A stretch of 64,000 bases of DNA from assembly GCA_964016885.1 (NCBI GenBank), contig OZ024743.1, positions 155,930,001 to 155,994,000 of the forward strand, given 5' to 3'. Below, piece by piece: positions 40,996 to 55,166 of this stretch. The stretch comes from Eledone cirrhosa (lineage: Eukaryota). The stretch's first letter is position 1. Each line of letters begins with the position of its first letter. The translations under genes and the position numbers were made by a program. Under the pieces are notes generated by a model. The model did not search any database, had not been told where the DNA came from, and saw nothing but the letters and a program-made list of their open reading frames with translations.

Positions 40996-41319
40996 TACCT
41001 CATTTTACTAGCTTCAAGAACGCGTCTACACACGTGAGAAAGAATCCCAAAAGGCGGAGGGGGAGATAGTCACGCGATTTAACGGTCGAGAAACAGAGCT
41101 AAGCCTCCTATAACCCCGGCGGAGGGGGTATTTATATCGAAGCCGTAGAAGAGGTGGTGAAGGAGGCGAGAAGTATGAGTAATGGCAGCTTTCCAGCAGT
41201 CACCACACTTCAGACCTCTGTTTCTCGACCGTTATATCGCGTGACTATCTCCCCCTCCGCATTTTGGGATTCTTTCTCACGTCGTGTAGACGCGTTCTGG
41301 AAGCTAGTAAAATGAGGTA

Positions 41320-41409
41320 TCCTCTTGATAAGTCGGCAGACCTCGCAAGGACTCTATATCTTTATGATGTATTGTTTTTGTTTATGCCACGAAACTACGT
41401 AGTCGAGGA
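41320..41409 (+). ncRNA. Hammerhead ribozyme, U3-A8 core, extended stem II
   Basis: TCCTC TTGATAA GTcGGCA (46 nt) TGCCAC GAAA CTACGTAG TC GAGGA: 5-bp stem I, palindromic stem III ACTACGTAGT, GUC site. Confidence 0.72.
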
Positions 41410-41789
41410 ATCTAGGAGCAGTTTAGGTATGATACATTTTATTACTAATTATATCTAAATGTTTCTTCTCTCTTCATAATGTAAATATATATATATATAT
41501 ATTTATTTATTTATTTATATATGGGTTTGCATGTGCGTCTCTATCTGTGTCTATGTGTGTGTGTGTTTCTCTATATATATATATCTCTATCTCTCTTTCC
41601 CTCTCTCTAAACCTAATTGTTATTTGTCGACGAGCATTTGAAAATTGTATTAGATTAATATATAGAAAAATCGTGTTTTCGACACGAGATATAAAATACC
41701 TGCAGAAGTTACATCCTCTGGTTGTAACTTAATTTCGGAATATTAATCGCACGAAAGAAAGTTTCTTCCCTTATTTTAAATCATAACAG

Positions 41790-41905
41790 TCTGAGTTCAA
41801 ATCACGCCGAGGTTAACTTTGCCTTTCATCCTTACAGGGTCGATAAAATAAAGTACCAGTAATGTACTGGGTAATTGCTGGCCTTGTTCCTAAAGTAGAA
41901 ACAAT
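41790..41905 (+). mobile_element. 5'-truncated copy of the Octopus-type tRNA SINE
   Basis: ctgagttcaaatc.cgccgagg..aactttgcctttcatcc...taaagtaccagt. Confidence 0.8.
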
Positions 41906-41937
41906 TATTTTAAATTATAACATAACTCGTTCACCCT

Positions 41938-42272
41938 ATCAAGATCAGGCACACATTTCGCGGACCCACCACGAGGAGGTTCATAACGGGGCTCCCTGCT
42001 AATATATGCACTATCATACGGAGGGGCCTTTGTTATATTTCCTTTTATCCCGCAGCATATTACAATTGTTTGCCTGTTATCACTTATTGCTGAAGAGCAA
42101 ATTCACCCACACATTCACCTCCATGTACACGTCATGTACACCGCAGACTCTCAGGAAATATATCGTTAGTAGGGCATCAGAGGGCCCTCCATATGCTAGT
42201 GCATATATTAGCAGAGTGCCTCGATATGAACCTCTTCGTGGTGGGTCCGCGAAATCTGTGTCTGATCTTGAT
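41938..42272. repeat. Fold-back element, ~92-bp arms (41938-42029 and 42181-42272)
   Basis: atcaagatcaggcacacatttcgcggacccaccacg... and its reverse complement. Confidence 0.85.
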
Positions 42273-43630
42273 CATGAGACCGACACCCTGAAACAAGAAA
42301 AGGCGCAGACACAATATGAAGAGATATATGAGCATTTACTTGTTTATTGAAAGCTACTTTGTCGTAATTTTATTAATTTCTAGATTAACGTCGTCAAATA
42401 TCTAGAATGTTGTTACTGTGTCTCACTGCCCCTTTCCTCTATTTATTCTATAAGTCCGAATATGTTTGTCGTTGTTTTATTGGGGGTTTGGTTTGGGCTA
42501 TTCTTGAGAATTAGAATTACTATATTGCCTTCCTATTTCCTATTCTCCAAACAGAAACCTGATAAATATGCTTCCTTCAATAGAAGCTGAAATGTAACAC
42601 AAAATGGACCTGGAAAAATTGGTGATAACGGAAGCCATATACATTCTGACTTGCTAATAAACAACTCTCCTCTAGACAGTAATTTCATTTAACGCCAGTT
42701 CTATCCGATTACAGAGAATATTCGTTTAAATATCTACCCAAGATCATACATGCGTGCAAGAATGTTAATTGTTACTGACATTCTTTCTGAGTGATATAGG
42801 AACCTGCCATTTTTTTTCATTTGATATGTTTTTTTGTCTTTGTTTTTAAATACATATTTTTAGTATAACTATATTAATTAATTAAGCTTGTTTAGATACC
42901 ATTTATCATATTAACGATTTATAGGTAATTGCATAATCCCCAAACAGCCTTAAGTTATCTTAATATAAGGACTATTCTGTTTTTACATTTAAGCCTAATG
43001 GCAGTATGGCAACAAGCTAAGCACTCATCTTTAAAACAAATTGAATTCACCATCAAATACCGCATATTTATTATCAATATATGTATGTAAGTGGACATCT
43101 GATGCGTTGTCATTCTATTTAAAAATGTTACTGTAAAAATCTAAGACTGAGAGCATTTAGCACCAACGGAATATTAGGAAAATAAATTTAAAACACAAAC
43201 ATCTCGAACTGCAGTTATTCATTATTATCTTTATTGTATCCATTATATTTGGTAAGGTGTAGTGATACGTATAGTGGATATTATTTTGCTTGTGAATATT
43301 TAAAGCAATTATAAGACTTTGCATACTTAGAAATACAGCTTTGTGAAATGGATGATTATTTTATACAGAAACTCTCTTAATAGAATGAAGTGAGATATAT
43401 ACGATAGAAGCTGTCCGCCTGCAACATGCTCACTGCAGACATAGCCTCGGAATGTTGGTTCTCATTAATAAATAACTATAGGTTTCATGCAGCTAATATA
43501 CCACTGAACAAATCGGAATTGTGATGAAATTGTGAATATGTAGGATATCAGCATTTTGTAAATCATAGTATTTTTGTTATATAAGGTGTATACGCAAATA
43601 GTGTTAAGAATTATTATTACTATTCTTTTA

Positions 43631-43930
43631 GGGCGGTGGATTGTCAGTATCGGTAGAGAGTCGGACGCCATGCTTTGACGCCTGGAGTTACGGCCCTTGC
43701 CATTCTGAGTTCAAATCCCGCCGAGGTCAACTTTGCCTTTCATAATTTACGGGGTCGATAAAATAAAGTACCAGTAATGTACTGGGTAATTGATGGCCTT
43801 GTACCAAAATGTAGAAACAATTATTATTATTATTGTAAAAAAACGGGTTCGATAAAATAAAGTACCAGTAATATACTGGGTAATTGCTGGCCTTGTGCCA
43901 AAAGTAGAAACAATTATTATTGTAAAAAAC
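43631..43930 (+). mobile_element. Full Octopus-type tRNA SINE with tandemly duplicated 3' tail
   Basis: A box ggcggtggattgtcagtatcgg and B box gagttcaaatcc. The tail cgataaaataaagtaccagt...gtagaaacaattattatt occurs twice. Confidence 0.85.
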
Positions 43931-46900
43931 GTAATAAATGATTCCATCGTCTGCCATTTTAGATATAAAACAAATGTCATTGAAGGTGGGGAAATGAACC
44001 GTTATTCTTTTAACCAGAGGAAGATTATTTGTCGCATACTTATACACTGAACAAAATATATTTGATTAGATTTAATACCATATAATAATTTTCCTTATCT
44101 CCGAGTTGTGCAATTATTAAAATATTATGGCTTATCTGAAAAAAATCCCAAGAGACAATAAATATCGGAAGACGTGGCAAACGCTTAAGTGCTAAATGGA
44201 CGATTTCAATAAGCTAAAATAATATTCTCTATTCGATTATCGGCTGAGGCACGTTGATTTCAGTTACATAACTCCCTTGATTAGAGGTGGCTTTTATCTC
44301 AATATATGAAATGTCGTGCTTAGTCAGGAGAAAGAACAATCACAATGATTGTTACCTAGTTTAAATTCCATTTGTAATTATCTCACTTAAACATACATTA
44401 TTAATTTCCTAGTAAACAATATGAAACTTACATAATTATATAGTATTTCATTTATAAAAATGTCATGTCTTTTGCCTGCAATAGGAATCTTTATAAGTTT
44501 GAGGTAGGTCTGTGGCAAGCAGATAAATACGTATAGGATTTAATGTAGTAGATCAAATATAAGCGCCACGTAATTTCATTTTATTTACTCAATAAATCAA
44601 ATATTATCTAATAACATATTTACATTTAATCCATTTGCCATTCCTCTTTCCCAAGGTGATACAAGCTGAAATTCATTAAAATATTTATTTAGATTCATAT
44701 ATGGTGAATACATACTATATGAGTGTGAGCATATAGAGATATAGAGAGGGTGAGTGAGAGAAATATTGAATTGAATTTCATTTGATTCTTCAGAATTTAA
44801 CAACAGTTTCATTAAAACGATATTTACAACACTCGTTACCCAATGTCTAATGAAATATACTGCCTATATATTTCATATGAGATGTTTTGGCAATATAAAC
44901 ACTTTTCTCCTTATTAAACTGATGTCTTGAGCACAGCTTAACAAACATTCTCATATAAAATTATGTTAGTATTTGTTTACTAAAAATCCATTTCAATTAA
45001 CCGGTTGTGTATCGTAGAACAACATCTGGTTGCGGGCTGAGGATGATTTGGTATGAAAAAGGAAACCATTTCATCCTTTTGTGTGAAAACAATAATTGTC
45101 AATATTAGAACTGGATATAAGGTCGTATTTAAACTGCTGGTACATAATCTCCAAATCGCTATGAATTGATGTTTACGCCGAATACAAACATTAAACATTA
45201 AGAAAAACGGAACTACAAGCAAACGAATGCCTTTCTTTTTGTACGCTTAACGTGATTGAATTAACTGCAAATATTCTATAGTTTCTACACTACTATTTTG
45301 AATATGCATTCAAGATACAATATATTTCTAAATATTTGAGAACATCAAGAAACGCAATAGTGAGAGAACAGAAATAATCTGTATTTTGTACGCTACAAAC
45401 TGAAGTTGCATATTTGTGTTTTGTTATGGTCACTCACTAATGTTCATGTCTGTGGATATTAGAAACATTATTCATTTTCCTAATATTAGAAATTAATTCA
45501 AACCTCTTACAACTGTTTGAAATATGAGACGAACTTGTAGTGGACATTTAAATAACCAGTGCAATCACAGTTACAATGCGATTTTCTAGCGGTACTGCTT
45601 ACATTGTCTCTCCTCGAAATTGCATTCGCATATTTTAGCAACTTACATTATTAAAAGCATCACATTAGGTCTGACAAAAATAAATGTAATTTCTTCTCTT
45701 TCTTGGTAAGTTTATTGGCAACCTATAGATATAGTTCTGAACACTCAGATAGTTAGGCACAGATTGGTTAGAAATGTAAAATGTTGCTATCTATACCAAT
45801 GTATTCGCTGGAAAATAATATTATGTGTGATAGAATGACCCATGTCTGAGAGAAAGTATATTTTATATAATGTGCAATGAGTTCCAAATATAAATACTTG
45901 AATAGCTTTGAAACACATTTATTTCCACCTGAGAATACATCTAAAACGTAAGCCATTTGTTTTAAGGCTCAATCTAGATAAATGTATCACATCCTAATGT
46001 AGAATCAATAATATATACGAATATACAATATAAATTACAAATACATATAATGTATATGCACCAAAATGTGGGCGATCTTCTAGATCAATATATTTGACTG
46101 ATGCAACCGACACTTTCGTTTTTGAAAACGACACGAATGAGGATTTGAATCAACCAAGTTCCCCAGCTCAGCCACACCACACCCATAAGGGTTAAGAACA
46201 ACGGTAATCCTGTTGTGGCTCAAAGATTAGGGTGGTAGACGTTAATCACTTCCTTCCGACCATTCAATAATAATTTATCATGAACTTTTATGTTTCTATA
46301 CGCAACTTCGATCAACAGACCCTGTTCTACAGCTGAGCTCTAATTACGTTCCGGGTTGACTAATTCATCTCGCCTATTAAGCATACACGTTAATGCCTGG
46401 TAGTTCAGGAAATTTCCTACGATACTAACGCCCAGATAAATACATGAGCCACATACACTGAATCACAATACTCCTATAACAGCTACTATATGAAACACCA
46501 TACCGCTATAAATACCAACCTGCAATTGTAGAAACACATGAATATGTATTTGGAAGGGCAATATTAAGATTGACTGTATGTAAAATAATCAAGGCCGGCC
46601 TCCAAAACTAATTGCGATGTCCAGAAATCAAAGACATCTCATTTGCACCTATAATGCTGATTTAGTTTAACACATGCACTGAACGTACGGATCCCTGAAC
46701 TGCATTATACACCCTGATGCACAGTACTACTCCACAATGTTGATGAAATTTATGAAATACCTGCTTCCTGATGAAGATATTTTAGCTAATCATGATTCCT
46801 CCCTCTCTAAGGTCGACTTAAACTGGTGCAATTAGTAGAAATTAATAACAGAATTTTGAAACTAGAATAGCAAAAGATCGTTGGAAATTGCTATTTTTCT

Positions 46901-48274
46901 TTATGAAGGCCTATGAATAAGATAGTTGACGTGATGCGTTCATGCTGTTAAAGCCCAGGTCCGTTTTTAGAAGAGAGGCAAGGACATCAAACTAAAGAAT
47001 ACAGTTCTCAGTAAATATCTTGATCACCGTTGTCTGGAAGATTTCAGCATGCTGTAGAAGATCTTGAAAATCTTAGTCTACAATATTTGCAATATAACTG
47101 TATTATTATCCGCAAATCATTGATCTATTTTTACAAACATTGCATCGAATTCCAGCCTTTTTATTTAAGAAACTCTGTTTGATACCGAGGATTTAGTCGT
47201 GGTTTTGTTGACATATGAGACGTCGGTGTAAAGAAAAGCGCGTTGTATTATCGTGGACTAAAACGATATTGATGTTATCTGTCTCTGCTATTGATGAAAA
47301 CTAAATTCGCTCAATGGAAGATTTCCGCTTCAAATACCTTTTCTGCCCTTACATTCCTTTGTTATTTCGAAACATCATGTACTGCATTAGCCTATTTCTG
47401 CAAGGACTCAGAAAAACAATGATAATTCAAATAGCACATGGTACATAAACGCCGGATTAAGTCGACATTGTTGTAAGCATATGCGTACATTAAAACCCTA
47501 TGAATCATACATTGACTGCCCTTTATCACTGCTTCTGCTAATGTGGTCAAAGATAAACAGAGTGATGTCATCTGATATCGCCATAATATTTCTGAAGGAC
47601 ATTGTAACTCATTTAGTATCTAATGCATTTATTTTTCCTATTTCATTTCTTCCACTGCACACCTGAATTTCACTTTGGTGAGGAGTAAGTTTAAGGATAA
47701 ATGGACGAAAATGGATGATGCCATTTACTTCATGAATTACATCTGTTATTGAGAAATACAAGCGATGATTAAATCAATGCAATATAGGATATATCAGAAA
47801 CGTTAATTGATCACATGACAGGATGTACCCACAGTTTGCACTACTGCCATCGCTAGTAAATGCAATAAGATTTTCATGAAGATAATCATTATGAAATACA
47901 TTCACAGCAAGCAACGTAAGTTAAGGTCCATTTATTTTCTCTGATGTGATATCTGGGAATTCTATTAAGTCTACGAATATAAACCGTCAATCATCTGACT
48001 ACTTCTTTTAAATTTTCAAGATTATCAGTGTAGCTTTTCTGGTGTGTGGTCCATTCGTCTATTACGATTATTATTTTTCCAATCACATCAATAAGCTGTT
48101 GGTGGTTTCAAGTGAAGAGTCAGCTTCAAAGGAATAAGTTATGACTAAACATATGACGTTATGACAAATTATAGTATGCAGGATTTGACATCCGTTGTAA
48201 TAGGTGCAGTGTGTAAGCGGATATGTAGGTAAATAAGTTGGGAAGGTTGGCATCATTCATATGTGAAGAGCAAT

Positions 48275-48428
48275 TTAATTGTTTCTACTTTTGGCACAAA
48301 GCCAGTGATTATTCCAGTACATTACTGGTACTTTATTTTATCGAGCACGTAAGGATGAAAGGAAAGTTAACCTCGGCGGGATTTGAACTCAGATCATTAA
48401 GGATCGTATCTCTATGCTTCAAAGCATA
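48275..48428 (-). mobile_element. Copy of the Octopus-type tRNA SINE
   Basis: actggtactttattttatcga...aacctcggcgggatttgaactcag. Confidence 0.8.
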
Positions 48429-49835
48429 ATGACAAGCAATGGCATGATTTTATCAATTAACTGTGTCTATTAAATTCATGCAAGTCGAATGTAAATCAGT
48501 ATTCAAACGCCTAAGAGGAGTATTTGTAAACATTTCAACGATTATGCATGATTAAATTTAACGAAGAGCCCGATTCGGTCATGTTTCCGTACAAGTCTAT
48601 AGACCATGTATCGTTTTCTTATCCTAGTTATTCCTAGTTATTTCGAAGAAACTATATTTACTCGTTCTCTATAGTGTAAAATATTATTATTATTTAATGA
48701 AATGATTTCTGTTTGTTTCTTCTGAGTGAGTAGAGCCCTCTGGGACGTAGCGATTCCGGGTTACTGATAAACATTCATTTTTTTTTAAAACGTTGATCAA
48801 CTCCTAATCGGAAGGAAAGTGTGTCGCGTTTGTTCTTGCTGACTCTTATGTTTCTCTTCGTCTACGTCTTTGTCCGAGTATTCTAGTGTGTTGAAGGTGG
48901 GGGGACTCAGTAGGTTCAGTCAGAAATAACCGATCTGATCCAAAATGAGACCTACTGAGCCCATAGATTTTATCCAAACAACGTGTCCATTGTCTATCGC
49001 TGTATCTCCTCTCGGATGTCTTTGTCCGTATAATCTGTTCAACAACTCTTTCTGTAAACATACAAACCACAAGTTTCTATTATTGGTGCTGTTATCTCAA
49101 TTCTGAGAAGTTGCGGTTTATTCCGGTGCAACACGCTTATCTTCAAGCTAAGCACTCCATCGCATAACGTTACTAAAAATTCCCCTTGAAGGTACCCCAT
49201 TTCGTGTTTTTTCGCTCTTTAGCCAAGATTCCTGACCGTAGATAAGGCTTGGAATGAATACCGATACGAAAGCCTTTACACCCACTTCCCTTCTTCTGGT
49301 GACAGAACGCTGAAAGTTTTGAACTCACAAACACTTATTTATCTCATGTTCATCACTTGTATGCTCAGGTGTCATCATTTTATTATAGAAAGAAACAACA
49401 GGGGATGGATCGCTGTTTATCCCGGGGAAATTACTAATGACTAAAGTATACTCCTTATAGAAATCTACTGTTTTATGTGTCACATATTCAGCTTTCGAAA
49501 CGCATCGGCTTTGCAATGATTTACAACGAAAATGAAATTATATTCAAATATAATTTCATATAGTTTTTCCAATTGGTTATATTTCCGCCTTCACATCCTG
49601 AATCCTGGGAGGGATTGGGTTTTCTTTCTGAGATTTTGGAAGTTCCTGAAATGTATCAAATTAAAAACAATTTTATTAAAATTTAAATTTTAATTTCCTT
49701 TCATTTCAAAATCCGTCCATTAATATATTGTAACTTTGTGCTTGATTCAACAAATTGCAAACAACTTTAAGGTATATAATTTTATTTGTATGTATGTATG
49801 TTCTTCTGGTTTTATAATTTCACAAATGTTTACCA

Positions 49836-49866
<31 letters not shown>

Positions 49867-50739
49867 TGTATGTATGTATGTATATATTATTTATGTATGT
49901 ATGTATGCATGTATGTTTGTATCTATTTATGTATGTATGTGCTTCCGGTTTCGTTATGTTATAAATATAAACCAATGGAGAGAGAGGATGATACAATACT
50001 CTTTCGTTGGAATTTAGATATCAACGAGGTAAATATGTAGGCATCTTTGCATGCGAGTGTGTATGCTCACGCGCGCGTGTGTATGTGCAGCTATCGTTGT
50101 TATTGTATGTGTGGGTCTGTATGTTTTGATGTATATGTGTGAATGTGAATGTGTATGTGCATGTCTATATTCAATTATTGTATACATATTTTTGAATAGT
50201 TCCCATATTTTTATTTACTTTAACTAATTGTACATGTAAGTTCATAACTATATATTTATTTTTATCTGTATGTATGTATGCATGTATGTCCGTACATTAT
50301 GTATGTAGATATGCATGTATACTGCTACCATATAGTCCAGTGCCATATATTTAAATGTCAATCAAGTAGCCGGTGACTAAACCTGTGTATCAAACATACA
50401 CTTTTCTGCCGTGGCGAGTTAGTGGAAACCCAGCAGCATAAAAAATAGCTCTCAAATATGGGTTGAATAGCATCCCAACCTGCAATTGTCCCAGTATGCA
50501 GAGTACACCGACAAACCTATAGATGTTAAACTCAATGACGTTTACACATGCGATTCGGTAACTGTTCTAATATCTTGACTTGACTTTACACAGCACACCT
50601 AGATTAGGAGATAGACTGAGGTTTATGTATGTAGAACAAGCACGTAGCATCTTTATATGCATGTAATTGGGTCTATGCATGTAATTGGTTCTATATAGTA
50701 TTGACATAGTTGTCCACCCTAGTATTGGCCTGTTCACAG

Positions 50740-51350
50740 TATCAGTGGTATGTCACACATTTCTCTGGAAGACAAGAATGGGGTAGAGAAATATGAACGA
50801 GATGTATGTTTTGCCATTGAAACCGAGTTAATCCGCAATCTTGAGCAATCCTACGGTCTTAGTTACAGAATCATGGTCCTCAGAATATTCTTACCGCACA
50901 TACTTTTTCTTCAACATATTTTCCATTAATGCTCCGAATCTCTCCAGGAGAAAACGAGGAACCCATAATCTCATTATACGAAAATCTTCCATCAGCCATT
51001 GCCTAAGTTCCAAAATCAGACAAAATTGTTCTCCTTGTCACTTTCACGCCGGAATTGGTAGTAATCCCGAGATTTGTGAAGCACTATGGACGTACGGTTT
51101 TAAAGCATGAATAGTAGCTCTGCACTAAATTTCAAGATGCCATTTACAACTCCTTTTTCCACCAGACAGACGCTCACAAGGTTGCTTGGATTCACCGTTG
51201 ATACAAACATGGGCATATTCTTCATTATGTCCTCTGTAGTAAACAATATGATCAGGATATCAGCAATGTGCAAGTCATAAGGTGTGCTGGGTGTGGGGCA
51301 GACCATGATATAATACGTTGCCAAATGAAATTTCGCATCAAACGTCAAAT
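50740..51350 (+). mobile_element. Decayed LINE (RTE-like) APE endonuclease fragment
   Basis: IFSINAP (cf. ISVYAP), CHFHAGIG (cf. GDFNARVG) and GADHDIIRCQMKFRIK (cf. SDH.LV). Confidence 0.55.
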
Positions 51351-51805
51351 AAGAGATAATGGTGGGAATTATTCTTAGCCGTATTGAGGTTTTGAGATCA
51401 CCAAACGCGGCCTTTTGGGTGGATCTAAATATGGCGTTTTAAGAGACTTAATTTGACGGCACGTGGGCTCAGTTTAAGACAGTGATATACAAAATTAGTG
51501 TTGAAGTCCTTGGCTTAAAAAATAAAAAAAAAACATTAGGACTAGTTTGATGCAAATGATTTTCAAATCAACTAGCTATTGAAAGCCAAAAAACAATGAT
51601 CGTAAAAAATGCCTGGGTGCTTCAGATAAAAACCTACTCCCTTGTTTCGGGCGCCTAACTTTGCCGTTCATCCATATGGGGTCCATAAAATAATTACCAG
51701 TAATGCGGAGGTATAATTGCTGTGCTTGGACCATAAGTATAAACAATTATAACCATGTGTATATATGAGTGTCCGTGGGAAAGTACATATATACCTGTAG
51801 GGGTG

Positions 51806-51912
<107 letters not shown>

Positions 51913-51949
51913 AGAGAGAGAGTATTTACGTATCGAGAGAGAGAAAAGA

Positions 51950-54905
51950 AGGAAGGATAGGTGATACATATAGTTATTTGCCAAATAGCGTGTGCAGAAG
52001 GTGCTCAATACTAGTGCCGGCAGTATTAAATATTAGAAGTGTTAATATTTAGTGGGTGGGAGAGTTAGCAGAGCGCAGGCACGTGGAAAAGTAAGAAATC
52101 GGAGAACAGACCGTTAATATATGTTTATTTAAAACAGCACCTACGTACGTTTCGCACGGTTGGGCTTCTCAAGGGCATAAACAACCAAAAGTGTTCCTTA
52201 CATAGCCCGGCAAGTGTTTTGGGTGGTAAGTTCACCTCATAGTTCATTCTTCGCTAGAAAAGCGTGTTTTGATTTTGCAGTAGGTCAAGGGAGGAAACTC
52301 TGGCCGGTGTTAGGGCAGTCTTTCCCGGACAAATTTGTTATCCGTTACAAGATGTGGTTACAACCTTACCATTGTCGATACGCACAGGGTCAGGTAATAA
52401 ACGCATATTTTGAGACGTTTGTTTATTGCACCTGCCCGTCTGGGTCATTTGAAGCTGGGTCTAGGATGCATGGTTAGTTTCCTGGAAGCTTTTTGCAGCG
52501 CCTGCCCGCCGGGGTGTTAAGGCTTGTTGAGGGAGACCCGGTACACGGTTTTACCCCTCATCCTTATCCCATCTGTAGAAGGATATGTTTAAGCGATGTG
52601 TACAGCATATCGTCGTTTCAGCTCTGCTGTTGATGAGCTCGTGGGTTGCAGTTATGATGTGGTAGAGCTCCATGAGGCAAAGATCGCAATTCCTCTTGAA
52701 GCTGTACGGTGCAGCCCTGCCGACAATTTCCCAGTGCGTGGAGAAGCTGATGTTTAAGTATTTTAATGATGTGATGTAGTCCGCGAGCGAAGTGAAGTGT
52801 CTTAATTTCTTATTTGTGAAAGAGTGGAGATGTGTTCGAAATCAGCATCACCTGTCGCGGCAGTTGCAATTTCTGTCCCGGTTCCTTCTAATTCCAACGG
52901 TAAGGCTATCATTATTGCTATCTACGTTGTTATCTATGCTCCCGCCTCTGTTGTTAGCACCATTATAACCAACTGTGCGCGGGTGGTACGATTATTATTC
53001 CGCACGTCATGTCTTGCATGTTCCCCAGTCATGTTGCTCGCGTTTATGCCGGTTGCGTCTGTAGAGGCTGTTGCCAGTACTATTGGATGATACTAGGGAG
53101 TCGTTAAGGTCGATATAGTTATTGTCAGGTGTAGGTGCGTCTGTGCTAAGGTGCTGTGTCTTGGTGATCTTACTGTGGTTCGTTGTTCCTATGATGTTTG
53201 CTAGGTTAGGAGTATAAGAGAAGGATATTTTTATATTGTTCCTATTAAGGATGTTCTATATCTATGATTGGGCGGGAACTTCTTCTCTAAGGCTTCGAAG
53301 AATATCCGGGGTATGTTGGAGGTACACTCCGAGAGTAGGGTTTGGGGTGGGGTTGGAACACTAGGACGTTATGGTGGCGATTACGTGTCCTTGTACGTTT
53401 GCTACGGGTGGTTCCATCAAGGTGACCGTTCTTATACATGTTAATGCGCTATATCCCGTTACGTGCCCCTTTCACTTTATGCGCGGGTGCCCGCTTCTTC
53501 CTTCTTCCATGTTTATGTACAGGAAGATGTTCGTTGGAAGGTATTGGTAGAGGCCGTCGCCTTTGTTAATTTTATAGTATGAGAATAATTCGATTAGGCT
53601 ACAGTGGTCACTGTCACCGGGGTCGTGATATTTTATGTGGTAACTTTCCTATACCATCGCCAGTATAGTTAACGTTGCGGCCGTGTTCTTTAGCGCTATT
53701 ATCTATACTATTATATCCCACTCGAACGAAGTCGCCGCGTGATCGGTTATAGATATGGCTTACTATAACGTTCGTCTTATGAGGGGGTTGGTTTCTAGAG
53801 CTAGCGTTAGGGATGTAGGAAATTCATCGGTTAAAGCCAGCGCTTATCAAGGCCCTATTGTAGTAATCTGCCACTTGGTTGAGCCTCGAGATTCTATGTG
53901 AGATGCTATAGACTATGGAGTTGAGAGTCTGCTTAGGGCAGTTGGAGGCATAATTAATATAGGAAAGGCACTCTCCAGGCTTATGGTATAGCTTGTATAG
54001 GCCCTTACTCAACTCCAGGGTCACATCCAGGAAGTTGACAACCAGGTGATTGAGGTCTATAGTTACGGATAGGCCGTATGACTTGAATAACCTGTGTATA
54101 TGCTTGTTAAGGTTATCTATCCTATGAGGGCTATGGTTCCTAACGGTAAACAGGGTGTCGTCCCTATATTCACCTCCTTGTAGAGCCGGAATCTCGTCAC
54201 CTAAGCTTACGGAGGAGGTATATTCCGACCAGGTCGGGCGCTTGCGCTGAGTCGCTGGACCACATCGTGATATCGAAGTTATCAGTACGGTTGGTTCTTG
54301 TCCAGTGGGAGCCTTCGAACTGGATAATGGTTCTACGCGCCGCTAGAACTGAGTCTATTTATTTTTTAGTGAGGCTAGTGTTAGATTTAGCTAATATTAG
54401 TGCCTTATTTAAGAGTATGGAGGACATAGAGACGTAGTAACTATCTATGTCAAACTGGATGAACTTCAGGGTCGCTTTATCAGGCAACTCGGTGAACCAA
54501 TTTATGACCTATCGGTGTTGCTCCAGAAGCAGAACATAACCCTTTTATTAAGCACCAGTAGTACTCTATCGAGGATCACTTTACTAATCTTACCTATATC
54601 AGATGTAGAGGGACATATTAGTCTAATAGACGGGCTTTCATTAAAGTTACATTTGTGATCCTTAAGTGAGAATCTAGGCGCCAGAGGGACGTACGGTTTA
54701 GTGTACTTTTCTATTTCTAAGCTGGTAACTATATCCTTCCCTACTCTATTTATCTCATTTAGGGTACTAAATGGTGTCTTTTTGTAGTCTCTGTGAAGTT
54801 CCTTATAAATGAATTGTTTATACCTGCTCGGTTCATCTTGTACAATTTTTCGTTTTGTCGGAGGTGACGAAGAGGTGCGGGTCATTATTGATCTTAGTGA
54901 GGAGT
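51950..54905 (-). mobile_element. 5'-truncated Naiad-type PLE of a second family, with pLTR, between microsatellites
   Basis: Minus strand: [42 protein letters not shown] and the C-terminal CDLCLMELYHII..LINSRAE..CCTHR. The GIY-YIG core is deleted. Confidence 0.85.
52137..52176 (-). ncRNA. Minimal hammerhead with U3-A8 core (UUGAGAA) in Naiad pLTR
   Basis: The reverse complement reads GCCC TTGAGAA GCccaaccgtGC GAAA CGTACG TA GGtGC, followed by AATAAA. Stem III ACGTACGT is palindromic. Confidence 0.68.
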
Positions 54906-54920
54906 GTATATATATATTTG

Positions 54921-55029
<109 letters not shown>

Positions 55030-55121
55030 TAAAATAACAGATTTATTCTGAAACCGTTAAGGGTGAAAGCAGCGATTCTTTGCTTAAACTTTAATATTTT
55101 AGTCTTCAATTTTATTATTAT

Positions 55122-55161
<40 letters not shown>

Positions 55162-55166
<5 letters not shown>

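Larger units (their letters stand above)
40832..41483. repeat. Fold-back element, ~267-bp arms (40832-41098 and 41216-41483), each with an HHR
   Basis: The arms are near-identical reverse complements, separated by a ~117-bp spacer. Confidence 0.92.

Noticed and set aside
52840-52870. Two in-frame TGA codons after CNCRDR in the minus-strand Naiad, considered as possible selenocysteine
   Set aside because: They lie at a deletion junction that removes the GIY-YIG core. One corresponds to a conserved Arg (CGA>TGA), not a Cys.
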